A stretch of DNA of 64,000 bases from Bacillota bacterium (lineage in GTDB: Bacteria; Bacillota; Clostridia; Christensenellales; CAG-138), in assembly GCA_023435025.1 (NCBI GenBank), contig JAEYSE010000020.1, positions 16,189 through 80,188 of the forward strand, read 5' to 3'. Positions 45,792 to 54,932 of this stretch are shown here, piece after piece (position 1 is the first letter of the stretch; every line of letters starts with the position of its first letter). The notes below the pieces were generated by a model. That model had not been told where the DNA came from. It made no database searches and worked only from the letters and a program-made list of their open reading frames with translations. The position numbers and the translations under genes were made by a program.

Positions 45792-45807
45792 ATGGGAACG
45801 TTCTCAT
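45792..45807. promoter_or_regulatory. LacI-family operator O1, ATGGGAACGTTCTCAT
   Basis: 14 of 16 positions symmetric. Begins 4 nt downstream of the -10 box on the minus strand, overlapping the likely transcription start. Confidence 0.6.
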
Positions 45808-45811
45808 AAAA

Positions 45812-45840
45812 AGTATACGCTTGGGATTAAAATATGTCAA
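45812..45840 (-). promoter_or_regulatory. Sigma-A-type promoter of the lacI (cassette 3) gene
   Basis: On the minus strand: TTGACA (45840-45835), 17-nt spacer, TATACT (45817-45812). Confidence 0.55.
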
Positions 45841-45900
45841 CCAATAAGTGCCAATTAGAGAAATAATTTTAAAAATACTGAAGATAACCCTTCAATTTAT

Positions 45901-45916
45901 ATGAGAACGTTCCCAT
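45901..45916. promoter_or_regulatory. LacI-family operator O2, ATGAGAACGTTCCCAT
   Basis: Exact reverse complement of O1, 109 bp away centre to centre. An extra half-site CGTTCCCAT lies at 45921-45929. Confidence 0.55.
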
Positions 45917-46118
45917 AATCCGTTCCCATAGTAATCTCAAAACGCTTGACTTTGCCGGAGTGCTGCATGCGTTAACAGACCAATCTTATACCTTCTATCC
46001 ATGCAGAAAAGAGGAACCCGCAATAAACCGCATCGCAGCCCTTTGCAGCCCGCAGCGCATGTTTTCGGCCTAATCCAAGGGGCATGAAGCATACAATGAG
46101 GCGAAGGGGGGATGGAAC

Positions 46119-46754
46119 ATGGAAGAATTCTGCTTGCGCATCGGTATGCCAGCGCCTGATTTTAACGCCACCAGCACCATGGGGCCAGTCAATATGTCCC
46201 GCTATAAGGGCAGATGGGTGGTATTCTTTTCGCATCCGGGGGATTTTACGCCGATCTGCACCACGGAATTTTTGGCGTTTGCGAAACATGCAGACGCGTT
46301 TCGCGCAATCAACACCTATCTTTTGGGCCTGAGCATAGACAGCAACTCCTCCCATCTTGCGTGGGTGGACAGCATCTATCAGATTGCAGGCGTACGCATT
46401 CCATTTCCCATCGTCGCGGACAGAAAAGGCGAAGTCGCGCGTCTGTACGGCATGCTGGCGCCCGATGTGAGTACGGAAGCGACGGTAAGGTCCACGTTCA
46501 TCATCGATCCTTCGCAGAAAGTCCGCGCCATTCTTACATATCCAATGACCACAGGTCGAAACATACCGGAAATTCTAAGAACAGTGCAGGCGCTGCAATT
46601 TACGGACGAAACCGGCCTTGTCACGCCTGCAGGCTGGATGCCGGGGGATCCCGGCGTAGTGCCCCCGCCGGGCAATTATCACGATATGCTTGAGCGCATG
46701 ATGGGCCCGGAAGGCATGACGTGCGAATCCTGGTACCTGTGCTTTAAGAAGTAA
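46119..46754 (+). CDS. Peroxiredoxin (Prx6 / 1-Cys-like)
   Basis: FSHPGDFTPICTTEF peroxidatic-Cys motif. RBS AAGGGGGGA. Confidence 0.88.
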   Translation: MEEFCLRIGMPAPDFNATSTMGPVNMSRYKGRWVVFFSHPGDFTPICTTEFLAFAKHADAFRAINTYLLGLSIDSNSSHLAWVDSIYQIAGVRIPFPIVADRKGEVARLYGMLAPDVSTEATVRSTFIIDPSQKVRAILTYPMTTGRNIPEILRTVQALQFTDETGLVTPAGWMPGDPGVVPPPGNYHDMLERMMGPEGMTCESWYLCFKK

Positions 46755-46770
46755 CCGCCCCCGCGATTAA

Positions 46771-46800
46771 AAAGGCCCGCAAATGTTGCGGGCTTTTTTG
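46771..46800. terminator. Bidirectional rho-independent terminator
   Basis: AAAA-GGCCCGC-AAATGTT-GCGGGC-TTTTTT between convergent genes. Confidence 0.8.
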
Positions 46801-46806
46801 CTTCTT

Positions 46807-47952
46807 TTAAAGGGATGCCTTGCGGATCACAAATTCCGCGGTGACCATCTGATAACTGGCGACGGAAAAGTCTTCTATGGTATGGAAGCTTACGCCGCCC
46901 AGGTTGTAAGCTTCCACAAGATCAAGCGGTGCCCTGAGGTTGGTATCGCTCTGGCAGACCACTTCGTGGAGCACGCCGTCGTCGCTAAAATACGTAAAAT
47001 ACGACCTCCTGGAGCGTGGGTCAATGCGAAACGTCCCGCCGGTCTCTAAAACCAGCTCATCCGCCTGAGCTGAAGTAAGTATCCGGTAAAGCTCGCTGTA
47101 CTCAGGCCCCGGCATCAAGTCATAGCAGCAGCCGGGTATTGATAAAAGCACTTTCGGGTTGGATATGAACGGGGTTGTAAAGTCGATAGCCGCCTGCAAT
47201 TCGTCGATATAAGATATTTCGCGGTATTCGAAAGTGCATACCCATTCGGTGGTGCGCAATATGAGGCGGTCCAGATTGTTGTTGAAGGGAAAGTACGAAT
47301 TCGCTTGAATTAAAGCGGCCTGCTGCTCAAGGAGGGTGTTGATCCGCGGGCTGACGACTACGATATAATTTAAAGGGTGCAACTGCAGCGTCAGAGCCTG
47401 TAAAAACCCCGCAAAAGCGATATAATCGCTGGGGTACAGTTCTAACAAACTGATATTAACACCGTAATACTGTTTCTCACCGAGGGTTGCGATTATGTTT
47501 GCTATCAACGTTTGGGAAAGCCTCGCGTCTGAAAGCAGGGTATGCGTCAGCGCGCCGGAAAAACCGGTAAGCGGGTCGATACTCGGGTCGATATTGGTAA
47601 TCACCATCAGGGGCGCTACGCCTCTCTGGCGCGCCATACCGATCAGCTTTGAATCATCGAGTGAGGAGAGCGTACCATCGGGCCTTATGTTATAGCTGAG
47701 TATGCTTAAATAGGTAAGATAGGGCAGCACGTTCTCCAAAACGTTGTCGCTCACCGTGGGGTAAGCGTCGCCGTTTACCTCAATGACAGGGCGCGCGCCC
47801 CCAGCCTGCGGAATATTTAGCGTCTGGCCGACGGCGATGCCGCCGCCATACTGAAGTTCGGGGTTTACAGAGAGCAGTTGCGCGGTGGTAATGCCAAACA
47901 GCCGCGTAATGGAATAGATGGTATCATTCGGCTGAACGATATAGTCAAACAA
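46807..47952 (-). CDS. LysM + GH18-like (YaaH/SleL-like) protein; catalytic motif apparently lost
   Basis: N-terminal LysM (YIVQPNDTIYSITRLFGITTAQLLSVNPEL). The GH18-like barrel has GVNISLLE where DxDxE is expected. TTG start at 47952 is inferred from the paralog alignment and RBS AAAGAGGGA. Confidence 0.65.
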   Translation of the reverse strand: MFDYIVQPNDTIYSITRLFGITTAQLLSVNPELQYGGGIAVGQTLNIPQAGGARPVIEVNGDAYPTVSDNVLENVLPYLTYLSILSYNIRPDGTLSSLDDSKLIGMARQRGVAPLMVITNIDPSIDPLTGFSGALTHTLLSDARLSQTLIANIIATLGEKQYYGVNISLLELYPSDYIAFAGFLQALTLQLHPLNYIVVVSPRINTLLEQQAALIQANSYFPFNNNLDRLILRTTEWVCTFEYREISYIDELQAAIDFTTPFISNPKVLLSIPGCCYDLMPGPEYSELYRILTSAQADELVLETGGTFRIDPRSRRSYFTYFSDDGVLHEVVCQSDTNLRAPLDLVEAYNLGGVSFHTIEDFSVASYQMVTAEFVIRKASL

Positions 47953-48044
47953 ATTGCATCCCTCTTTCCCAAAGGATATTATGCATGGGACAATGTTATA
48001 AGGTTGCCGTGGAATTTGCCAGCGGTCATGCGGGCACAACCGAC

Positions 48045-49181
48045 CTAGACCACCTTCCGGATCTCGTAAAGGCTCCCCAGCGTCCGGTAGCTTACCATGG
48101 AGAAACGATCGATTGTACGGAAACTGATTCCGCCCAGGTTATACGTATCTACCAGTGCCAGCGGCCCTCTCAGGTTGGTTTCATTTTCGCACCAGACCTG
48201 ATGTAAAATATTGTCCTCATCGTAGTATTGAAAATAAGACGCCTGCGTCTGTGGATCAATGCTTACTTTTGCGCGGGTTGCTATCAGCAGCTCATCCGCC
48301 TGCGCCGGAGAAAGCGTACGGAGGAGAACTGCTTCGCCGTCGGTGATTTGCCAAATGTAACAGCAGTTGGGTACCGTCAATAATATTTTATTGCTGGAAA
48401 TCATGCCAGAGGCAAAATCCAAGCCCCGCTGCAATTCATCAATTAGGGGCAGTCTGTGCTCTGCGTCATCATAAGTGCAGGTCCATACGGTGGTGCGAAT
48501 GATCAGCCGGTCCATCAGGCTGTTGAAGAGAAAGGCCTGGTTGATACGTTGGAGTATATCCTGCTGTTCAAGCAGTATATTGATCCTGGGGGCCACCACC
48601 ACGATATATCCAAGCGGGTGCAGTTGCATGGTGAGCAGCCGCAAAAACCCCGAATATGTAACGTAATCTTCCAAGTAAATCTCCGAAAAATCAACATTGA
48701 CCCCGTAATAGTTTCCATCCCGCAGGCGAATGATGATGTTGTTGATCAGCATTTGCTGCAGTGTTGCGCTAGAAAGCAGAGTATGCGCAAGTTCACCCAA
48801 ATAATTTCCAAGTGCGTCCCGGTTGGAAACCACCATCAGCGGGGCCACGTTGTATAAAAGCGCGGTGTCGATCAGCGTGGCGTCATTGGCATATTGGATG
48901 GAGCCGTCCGGGTTTGCCTCAAACCCTATGATGCTCAGATACGTCAGGTAGGGCAGGATGTTTCTTAGGGTGCCTTCGTCCACGGTCGGATAGGCATAAC
49001 CGTTCACTTCGATTGTACGGCGAAATGTACGCGTACCGGGGATGCGCAGAATCTGGCCCACTGAAAGTCTGTCGATATCGGTAATTTCCGGATTGACTGA
49101 GAGAAGGGCGGCGGTTGTGATACCAAACAAACGGGAAATGGAATATGCCGTATCCCCGGGCTGCACAGTATACTCAAACAA
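48045..49181 (-). CDS. LysM + GH18-like (YaaH/SleL-like) protein
   Basis: LysM (YTVQPGDTAYSISRLFGITTAALLSVNPEI). The GH18-like barrel has the non-canonical GVNVDFSE. Confidence 0.7.
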   Translation of the reverse strand: MFEYTVQPGDTAYSISRLFGITTAALLSVNPEITDIDRLSVGQILRIPGTRTFRRTIEVNGYAYPTVDEGTLRNILPYLTYLSIIGFEANPDGSIQYANDATLIDTALLYNVAPLMVVSNRDALGNYLGELAHTLLSSATLQQMLINNIIIRLRDGNYYGVNVDFSEIYLEDYVTYSGFLRLLTMQLHPLGYIVVVAPRINILLEQQDILQRINQAFLFNSLMDRLIIRTTVWTCTYDDAEHRLPLIDELQRGLDFASGMISSNKILLTVPNCCYIWQITDGEAVLLRTLSPAQADELLIATRAKVSIDPQTQASYFQYYDEDNILHQVWCENETNLRGPLALVDTYNLGGISFRTIDRFSMVSYRTLGSLYEIRKVV

Positions 49182-49279
49182 ATGCGTTCACCCTACTTCC
49201 CGCCAAAAGCATTCTTCCATTGTTCTATCGTATGAGATCACTAGAAAGAACATGAGCGAAAAAGGTGTTCGTCCACAAT

Positions 49280-50131
49280 TTATCGGGCCTGGGCGGCTAG
49301 GAGACCATTTAGGAATGAGTCAAAATAGGCATAGAATTCATCGGGGTTACTCAAATGCACGTTGTGGTCCGGTTGGGAGAGCTCCCTCGCGGTGCAGTTT
49401 TGAAGTAAGGCTTTCATTTTCGCATGATCCTCATCGGGTACGGCTTCATGGCTGGAGGAGCGAATAAGCAATACGGGGCATTGGATGCCAGGCAGCAGAT
49501 GGTACCAGTTTGTATCGTAGGCGATATTGGCGGCAATGGCCTGGTTGCTGTGCATCATTTTGTAGCCCGTTTCGTCTTCATACAGGCTTCCTATAAAATA
49601 CTCGTATTCAAGCTGAGATTCTGTCTGCCTTTTCAGAAAATCCTGTGCCTGCTGCAGTGTCACAAACGGCATGGGCCAGTCTTTTGTCAGTGGGTCTATG
49701 TCGGGGATTTCGCTAAGAGGCAATCCAGGGTTATCCTTAAGCCCATTTGCGGATTTGTCAAGCAAAGCCAATGCATCAACACGCTCTGGGTATAGAGCAG
49801 CTAAATGTCCGGCGACCCGCGCTCCCATGGAATGGCCAACGAGTATCACGCGCTCAATGCCTAAAAAATCAAGGAGCGCCACAGCATCCTCCGCCATTTC
49901 CTCCGCCGTATAGCGGGAAACGGGCTTGCCGCTCAGGCCGTGTCCGCGCTGGTCCGGTGCGATCACGCGGTATCGGCTTCCATACTGCTGCATAAAGGCA
50001 GAAAAGGTTTGCCCACGCCCCCATCTTCCATGGAGGCATAGGATAACCGGGCCCGACGTCCTGGTATCCAGATAGAACAGGTCAATCGAATTGAGCCTTG
50101 CTGCCGCCCGGTATATCGTGATTGGTTCCAT
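49280..50131 (-). CDS. Alpha/beta-fold hydrolase
   Basis: Oxyanion region LCLHGRWG, nucleophile elbow GHSMGA, C-terminal His (QPDHNVH). Start trimmed to 50131. Confidence 0.8.
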   Translation of the reverse strand: MEPITIYRAAARLNSIDLFYLDTRTSGPVILCLHGRWGRGQTFSAFMQQYGSRYRVIAPDQRGHGLSGKPVSRYTAEEMAEDAVALLDFLGIERVILVGHSMGARVAGHLAALYPERVDALALLDKSANGLKDNPGLPLSEIPDIDPLTKDWPMPFVTLQQAQDFLKRQTESQLEYEYFIGSLYEDETGYKMMHSNQAIAANIAYDTNWYHLLPGIQCPVLLIRSSSHEAVPDEDHAKMKALLQNCTARELSQPDHNVHLSNPDEFYAYFDSFLNGLLAAQAR

Positions 50132-50207
50132 AATATTCCTCCCAGATGTGGATGGCACAAGTATAGCACACGGTTATTGCGAATATATACTTTTCATGAC
50201 GCCTAAG

Positions 50208-50242
50208 AAAATAAAAATGCCCGGAGCCGTTTGGCTCCGGGC
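50208..50242 (-). terminator. Rho-independent terminator after the GNAT gene
   Basis: GCCCGGAGCC (50219-50228) pairs with GGCTCCGGGC (50233-50242). On the minus strand it is followed by TTTTTATTTT. Confidence 0.85.
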
Positions 50243-50257
50243 ATATAGAATGGAAAA

Positions 50258-50797
50258 TCAATTCCCTGATGCAAGCGCGTATCGGATCAGCTCCGGCGCG
50301 TCTACCGATCGTTTTGTGATGCCGCAGGAAGAAAACCCGTTGCGAGAGAGTACCTGCAAAGACGGCAGGTTTTTCGGGTCCACCAGTGCATCCACACAGG
50401 CAAAGCCGATCTCAGAAAACGCATACTGACTCACCGCGCGGATGGCTTCGCTGGCATAGCCTTTCCCGTGGAATGCTGGCAGCAACTCGTAGCCGATTTC
50501 CGTGCTGCCCTCTTCCAACCGGAAATTCCAAAGGCAGACGCTGCCGATAAACGAACCGCTTTCTTTTAAGGTGATGGCCCAAAACAGACAGTTTCCTTCT
50601 GCCATCATCTGCATGCGGGTCACCACATAGCGCTCCGCCTCTTCCAACTTCACATAGGGGGAAAACCCCATCATGGCCGTGACGGTACGGTCTTGCCGCA
50701 GTGCAAAGAAACCAGATGCATCTTCCCTGCAAATGGGGCGGATAGTAAGGCGCTCCGTCTCAATCGTCAGATTTTGCGGAAGCGGAATGGCGCTCAT
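50258..50797 (-). CDS. GNAT-family N-acetyltransferase
   Basis: ERLTIRPICREDASGFFAL... and FHGKGYASEAIRAVSQYAF. ATGA overlap with the kinase gene stop. Confidence 0.8.
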   Translation of the reverse strand: MSAIPLPQNLTIETERLTIRPICREDASGFFALRQDRTVTAMMGFSPYVKLEEAERYVVTRMQMMAEGNCLFWAITLKESGSFIGSVCLWNFRLEEGSTEIGYELLPAFHGKGYASEAIRAVSQYAFSEIGFACVDALVDPKNLPSLQVLSRNGFSSCGITKRSVDAPELIRYALASGN

Positions 50798-52275
50798 GCG
50801 GTTGCTCCTTCCATAAGCCTCATCAGCCGTGCGTAGGCTTCGTCCCACGCGTCGGTGTGGTGGGGTGTGTAGGTCTCCACCTCAATGGAATCCCGTACAA
50901 CCGCGCGGACATCTTCAATGCCGCCCAGCTCACCCAATGCCACCGCCTGCATCAGCAGGTTTCCAATGCAAGCGCCCTCTGTTGGGCCGGTGAATACCGG
51001 GCGGTCGATAGAATCGGCAGTCATTTGGTTCAAAAGCTTGTTCTGGATGCCGCCGCCGACCAGGTTGAGGGCGTTGAGCCTGCGGCCCTTGAGCGTTTCA
51101 AGTACGCCCAGCGCCCAGCGGTATTTGAGCGCTAGGCTTTCATACACGCAGCGGGCGATCTCGCCGACCGTCTCGGGCACGGGCTGACCGGTATTCTTGC
51201 AATAGGTCTGAATGCGCTTTACCATGGAGCCGGAGCCGAAAAACTCCTGGTAGTCCGGGTCTATGATGGAACGGAACGGAGCAGCTTTACGCGCCGCGTC
51301 CACAATATCGTCCCAGTTAAGTTTTTTGCCTTCTTTGATCCAATCCCGCCTGCATTCCTGTATGATCCACATGCCCATGATGTTCTTTAATGGCCTGAAG
51401 CCGCCCTGCACCGTGCCTTCGTTGGAGAAGTTGGAGCGATAGACTTCATCGGTCAGTATGGGCGCATCGGTTTCCACGCCGAAGAGCGACCATGTGCCCG
51501 AAGAGCAGAAGGCGAAATCGCCTTCGCCGGGAATGGCGGCCACAGCCGACGCCGTATCGTGCGTGCCCACCGCCGCGAATGCGGCCCGGTTGAGGGAGAG
51601 TTCGCTGGCGACGTCGGGCAGCAGCCTTCCACGTAATGTTCCCGCGCGGTCAATGTACGTAAATATCCGCTCAGGCAGGCCTAAAGCGCGGATGGTTTCA
51701 TAATCCCAATCCTTTTTGACGGGGTTATAGAGCATGGAAGTGGTGACGTTGGTGTACTCGCTGCCGCGCTCGCCGGTAAAGAAATACCCCAATAGATCCG
51801 GCATCAAAAGCATGCAGGAGGCAGCTTCAAGCGCCGCGTCCCCTTCGCGTTTTCTGCGGTAGAGCTGGTAGACGGTGTTGAAGTTCATGCTGGCAAGGCC
51901 GGTACGGGCAAACAGGGTCTCTTTGGGTACAACCGTATAGACCGCTTCCATATCAACGTCAAGCGCCTGCCGGTAGCAGCGGGGGTTGCCCAACAGCGCG
52001 CCGTTTTTATCCAGCAGGCCATAGTCTACGCCCCAGGTATCCACGCCGAATGCATGGAGGTCGCCTTCCTTCAGCCGCGCAAACGCGGAAAAGCCCGCCT
52101 TCATCTGCTGGTAAAAGTCCAGCGTATTCCAATACAGCACGCCGTTGAGGCTTACGAAGTTGTTTTCAAACCGGTGGAGTTCCTCAAGCGTAATGCGATT
52201 TCCGTCAAAACGGCCGAGTATGGCCCGTCCGTTGCTTGCGCCAAGGTCAAAGGCAAGTAGGTTTAAGTTTGGCAT
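50794..52275 (-). CDS. FGGY-family sugar kinase, rhamnulokinase-like
   Basis: N-terminus LLAFDLGASNGRAILGRF...LEELHRFEN and overall FGGY architecture. RBS GCAGGAGA. Confidence 0.8.
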   Translation of the reverse strand: MPNLNLLAFDLGASNGRAILGRFDGNRITLEELHRFENNFVSLNGVLYWNTLDFYQQMKAGFSAFARLKEGDLHAFGVDTWGVDYGLLDKNGALLGNPRCYRQALDVDMEAVYTVVPKETLFARTGLASMNFNTVYQLYRRKREGDAALEAASCMLLMPDLLGYFFTGERGSEYTNVTTSMLYNPVKKDWDYETIRALGLPERIFTYIDRAGTLRGRLLPDVASELSLNRAAFAAVGTHDTASAVAAIPGEGDFAFCSSGTWSLFGVETDAPILTDEVYRSNFSNEGTVQGGFRPLKNIMGMWIIQECRRDWIKEGKKLNWDDIVDAARKAAPFRSIIDPDYQEFFGSGSMVKRIQTYCKNTGQPVPETVGEIARCVYESLALKYRWALGVLETLKGRRLNALNLVGGGIQNKLLNQMTADSIDRPVFTGPTEGACIGNLLMQAVALGELGGIEDVRAVVRDSIEVETYTPHHTDAWDEAYARLMRLMEGATA

Positions 52276-52361
52276 AGCGGTTTTCTCCTGCTTTGTTGCG
52301 TTGCGTATGATGAATGTGAATAAGTGCGCTGAAATATCATTCCGAAGGGATGGAAGGCTGA

Positions 52362-52400
52362 TAAAAAAAGGAAGGGAACGCGGAACACGTCCGCGTTCCC
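52362..52400 (-). terminator. Rho-independent terminator after the dehydrogenase gene
   Basis: GGGAACGCGGA (52374-52384) pairs with TCCGCGTTCCC (52390-52400). On the minus strand it is followed by TTCCTTTTTTT. Confidence 0.85.
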
Positions 52401-52413
52401 ATATTTTAATGCG

Positions 52414-53679
52414 TTACGCGATGGGCTTTGCGTTTGCCAGCAGGTATTTTTCCGCCTCGGCGTTCCACAGGTTGTTGTGCTTGGCAACAAGTTCGTGGAG
52501 GGTCTTGAATACCGGGTCAGACTTGCCCTTTTCTTCAAAGTCCGTGATGGCGGTCAGCGGCATGCTGATCTGGGTGTAGATGAGCTTCTTGCCGCCGGGG
52601 ATATGCGGGAGGTTGAGCGTGGTTTCCACGACGCTGTCCAGACCGCCGATATGCGTGATCATGGAAGCGGGGTTCAGCTTTCCTGCCGCCATCATTTCGA
52701 TTGCTTCGCGTATATCGTCCGTATTGCCGCCGGAGGTCCCCACGATGTGGTGCGCGGCGTAGTGGACGTTGTAGAAGTTCAACTCGGCTTTAAATTCGGT
52801 GTTAGACGGGCCTGCAAAGAAGTTGAGGCAGCCGTCAAAGCCCAGTATGGCGTTGCCCTGCTCCACAACGGGCCTCACGGGCGCGAATACGATGACGTCG
52901 TCATAGCCTGTTCCGCCCGAAAGCTCCATCAGCTTTGCAACAGGATCGCTTTCCTTTGCGGTGTTGAGGTAGATCAACTCAATGCCCAGTTCCTTTGCGT
53001 GCTCCACAGTGTAGAGGCTCTGTGCGCGGGAAAGACGCGCGTCGTCGATATCCGTAACCACAATCAGGCTCGGCCTGCGGTCACAATGCAGCGCGTAATC
53101 GATGGCGCCAAGACCCATGGGGCCAACGGAAGCAAGGAGTGCCAGCTTGCCGCCCTCTACAATGCCCATCTGATGGACATAGCTGCCCGGCTTGGTGTGG
53201 TACATGGCATGATAGGTGCCAATGATGCAACTCACCGGCTCCGCGAGGGATCCGTAGAAGTAAACATCGGAATCGTAATGGAGGAGGCAATCCATCTCCA
53301 TGATTTCCATGGGGATGTTGACAGCCGTGGAGCTGCCGCCGCAATTGCGGTAGGAGTAACCCGGCGCGTCCAAAGAACCTTTGTAAAAGTGTGCAGGCTG
53401 TATGGCAAAACGCTCGCCCGCCTTGAACTTATCCTTCCATTTTTCGCCCACCTCCAGAATTTCGCCGCAGAATTCATGGCCAACGATGGTGGGGTTGGTG
53501 GAAACATCATCAGGAACGCGCTTGTGCGCGGCACCCTGTATGGCCGCCTTATACGAACTCATGCAGATGCTGTCCGAGATGACTTTTGCGCGCACCTCGT
53601 CCGGCTTGAGGACGTCGAGTTCAAATTCTTCCAGCCTGAGGTCATTGGCTCCATAAAGCCGTACTGCCTTTGTTTTCAT
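52414..53679 (-). CDS. Zn-dependent MDR dehydrogenase, L-sorbose-1-phosphate-reductase (SorE)-like
   Basis: The 421-aa long-form MDR resembles SorE-type enzymes as I recall them: VISDSICMSSYKAA, IVGHEFCGEI, GPMGLGAIDYA and the C-terminal GGKKLIYTQISMPLTAITDFEEKGKSDP. Confidence 0.7.
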   Translation of the reverse strand: MKTKAVRLYGANDLRLEEFELDVLKPDEVRAKVISDSICMSSYKAAIQGAAHKRVPDDVSTNPTIVGHEFCGEILEVGEKWKDKFKAGERFAIQPAHFYKGSLDAPGYSYRNCGGSSTAVNIPMEIMEMDCLLHYDSDVYFYGSLAEPVSCIIGTYHAMYHTKPGSYVHQMGIVEGGKLALLASVGPMGLGAIDYALHCDRRPSLIVVTDIDDARLSRAQSLYTVEHAKELGIELIYLNTAKESDPVAKLMELSGGTGYDDVIVFAPVRPVVEQGNAILGFDGCLNFFAGPSNTEFKAELNFYNVHYAAHHIVGTSGGNTDDIREAIEMMAAGKLNPASMITHIGGLDSVVETTLNLPHIPGGKKLIYTQISMPLTAITDFEEKGKSDPVFKTLHELVAKHNNLWNAEAEKYLLANAKPIA

Positions 53680-53714
53680 AATCGTTTCCTTTCCGGGCCT
53701 GTGCCCTGCACAAA

Positions 53715-54890
53715 TTAAAATATTATCTTTTTCCCGCGTTCATGTGCGATAAGCGCCCATGTAGCGTCGATTAAATTGGAAAACTGCGGGTCCTCCATGG
53801 CCTTGCACACGAAATCCTGACGCGGAGAATTGATGTCCTCGCCGCTGATTTCAAACATGCCGTATGTTTTGCACAGCGCGCGCAGCCGGTCCAACTGGGC
53901 CCGTGTATTGCGCGGCGGCATGTAGGTAACGGCGCGGACGTTATAGTCCCTTAAAACACCGAACAGCTCGTCAAGATAGTCATCCTCGAACTTCTGGGCC
54001 TTTTTATCGCCCGTTACGCTGTCCGCCACATCGCCAAGGTACGCGTAGCAGAAAATTGCACCCACGTCGTTTGCGAGTTTGACCGCCTCCTGTAAAGGGA
54101 GGCACTCGTCGGCCGCGGGGATAAACACAAGCGGCACGAAGGCACTTTTTAGTATACCTAACAAATCATATTCATAAAAGAGGTAGCCCGTATCAAGCAG
54201 CTGTTTCTTCTGCTTTTCCAAGAGCGCCACGCCCAGTTTTTCTAAAAGGGCTATGGTGCCTTCGCCGCGGCCTGCAACCGATACAATCTTATGCGCGAGC
54301 GCATACATCAGATGGCGTTCCGTCACGCTGCCGCCCAAGGCATACTGGGAAAGAGGCAGCACATCCGCGTCAAAATCCAACCGGATGCCGTGGGGTGCAA
54401 GCATTGAGTCTATCTTTTGCGTCATCGCCCGGTTTCTTACATTGCGCTTTTCTCGAAGCGGGGTAAAGGCCGCCTGCAGCACGTCAATGTTTTCATGCGG
54501 AACGGCGTGCATGGTCATGTAGCTTACGCCGGATTGGTCCGGATTGTTGGTGGTGCGATGCTCCAATGGCGTTCCCGCCATGTTCACGCGGCATTCCATG
54601 CCAATCGTGGTGGGTACCCCCAAAATGTCGCCCGCTTCCAAGAACTCCTTCGCACCGCCGATGCTGTCATGGTCCATAATGCCCGCGGTGCACAATCCCG
54701 CCGCGCGTGCAAAATAGACCGCCGCCGTTGGCGAATACGGGGAAAAGGAATATGTCGTGTGAATGTGGTTGTTGATATAGCGCGGATCGGTCGGCGGCAG
54801 TGCTGCCGACGCCGCAATTTTTTGTAACGCAGAAAGCCGCGCTTCTTTTCCGGGTTGGTTCAGTTCCCCAAGTATTTGCTGATTCATCAT
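53715..54890 (-). CDS. PHP-domain phosphoesterase (long form, 391 aa)
   Basis: NNHIHTTYSFSPYSP and GIMDHDSIGG metal motifs, followed by an extended C-terminal region of unclear homology. Confidence 0.65.
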   Translation of the reverse strand: MMNQQILGELNQPGKEARLSALQKIAASAALPPTDPRYINNHIHTTYSFSPYSPTAAVYFARAAGLCTAGIMDHDSIGGAKEFLEAGDILGVPTTIGMECRVNMAGTPLEHRTTNNPDQSGVSYMTMHAVPHENIDVLQAAFTPLREKRNVRNRAMTQKIDSMLAPHGIRLDFDADVLPLSQYALGGSVTERHLMYALAHKIVSVAGRGEGTIALLEKLGVALLEKQKKQLLDTGYLFYEYDLLGILKSAFVPLVFIPAADECLPLQEAVKLANDVGAIFCYAYLGDVADSVTGDKKAQKFEDDYLDELFGVLRDYNVRAVTYMPPRNTRAQLDRLRALCKTYGMFEISGEDINSPRQDFVCKAMEDPQFSNLIDATWALIAHERGKKIIF

Positions 54891-54932
54891 ATCTTTTCTT
54901 TACCCTTCCCGTGTCGTCCTCAACCGAAAGCG

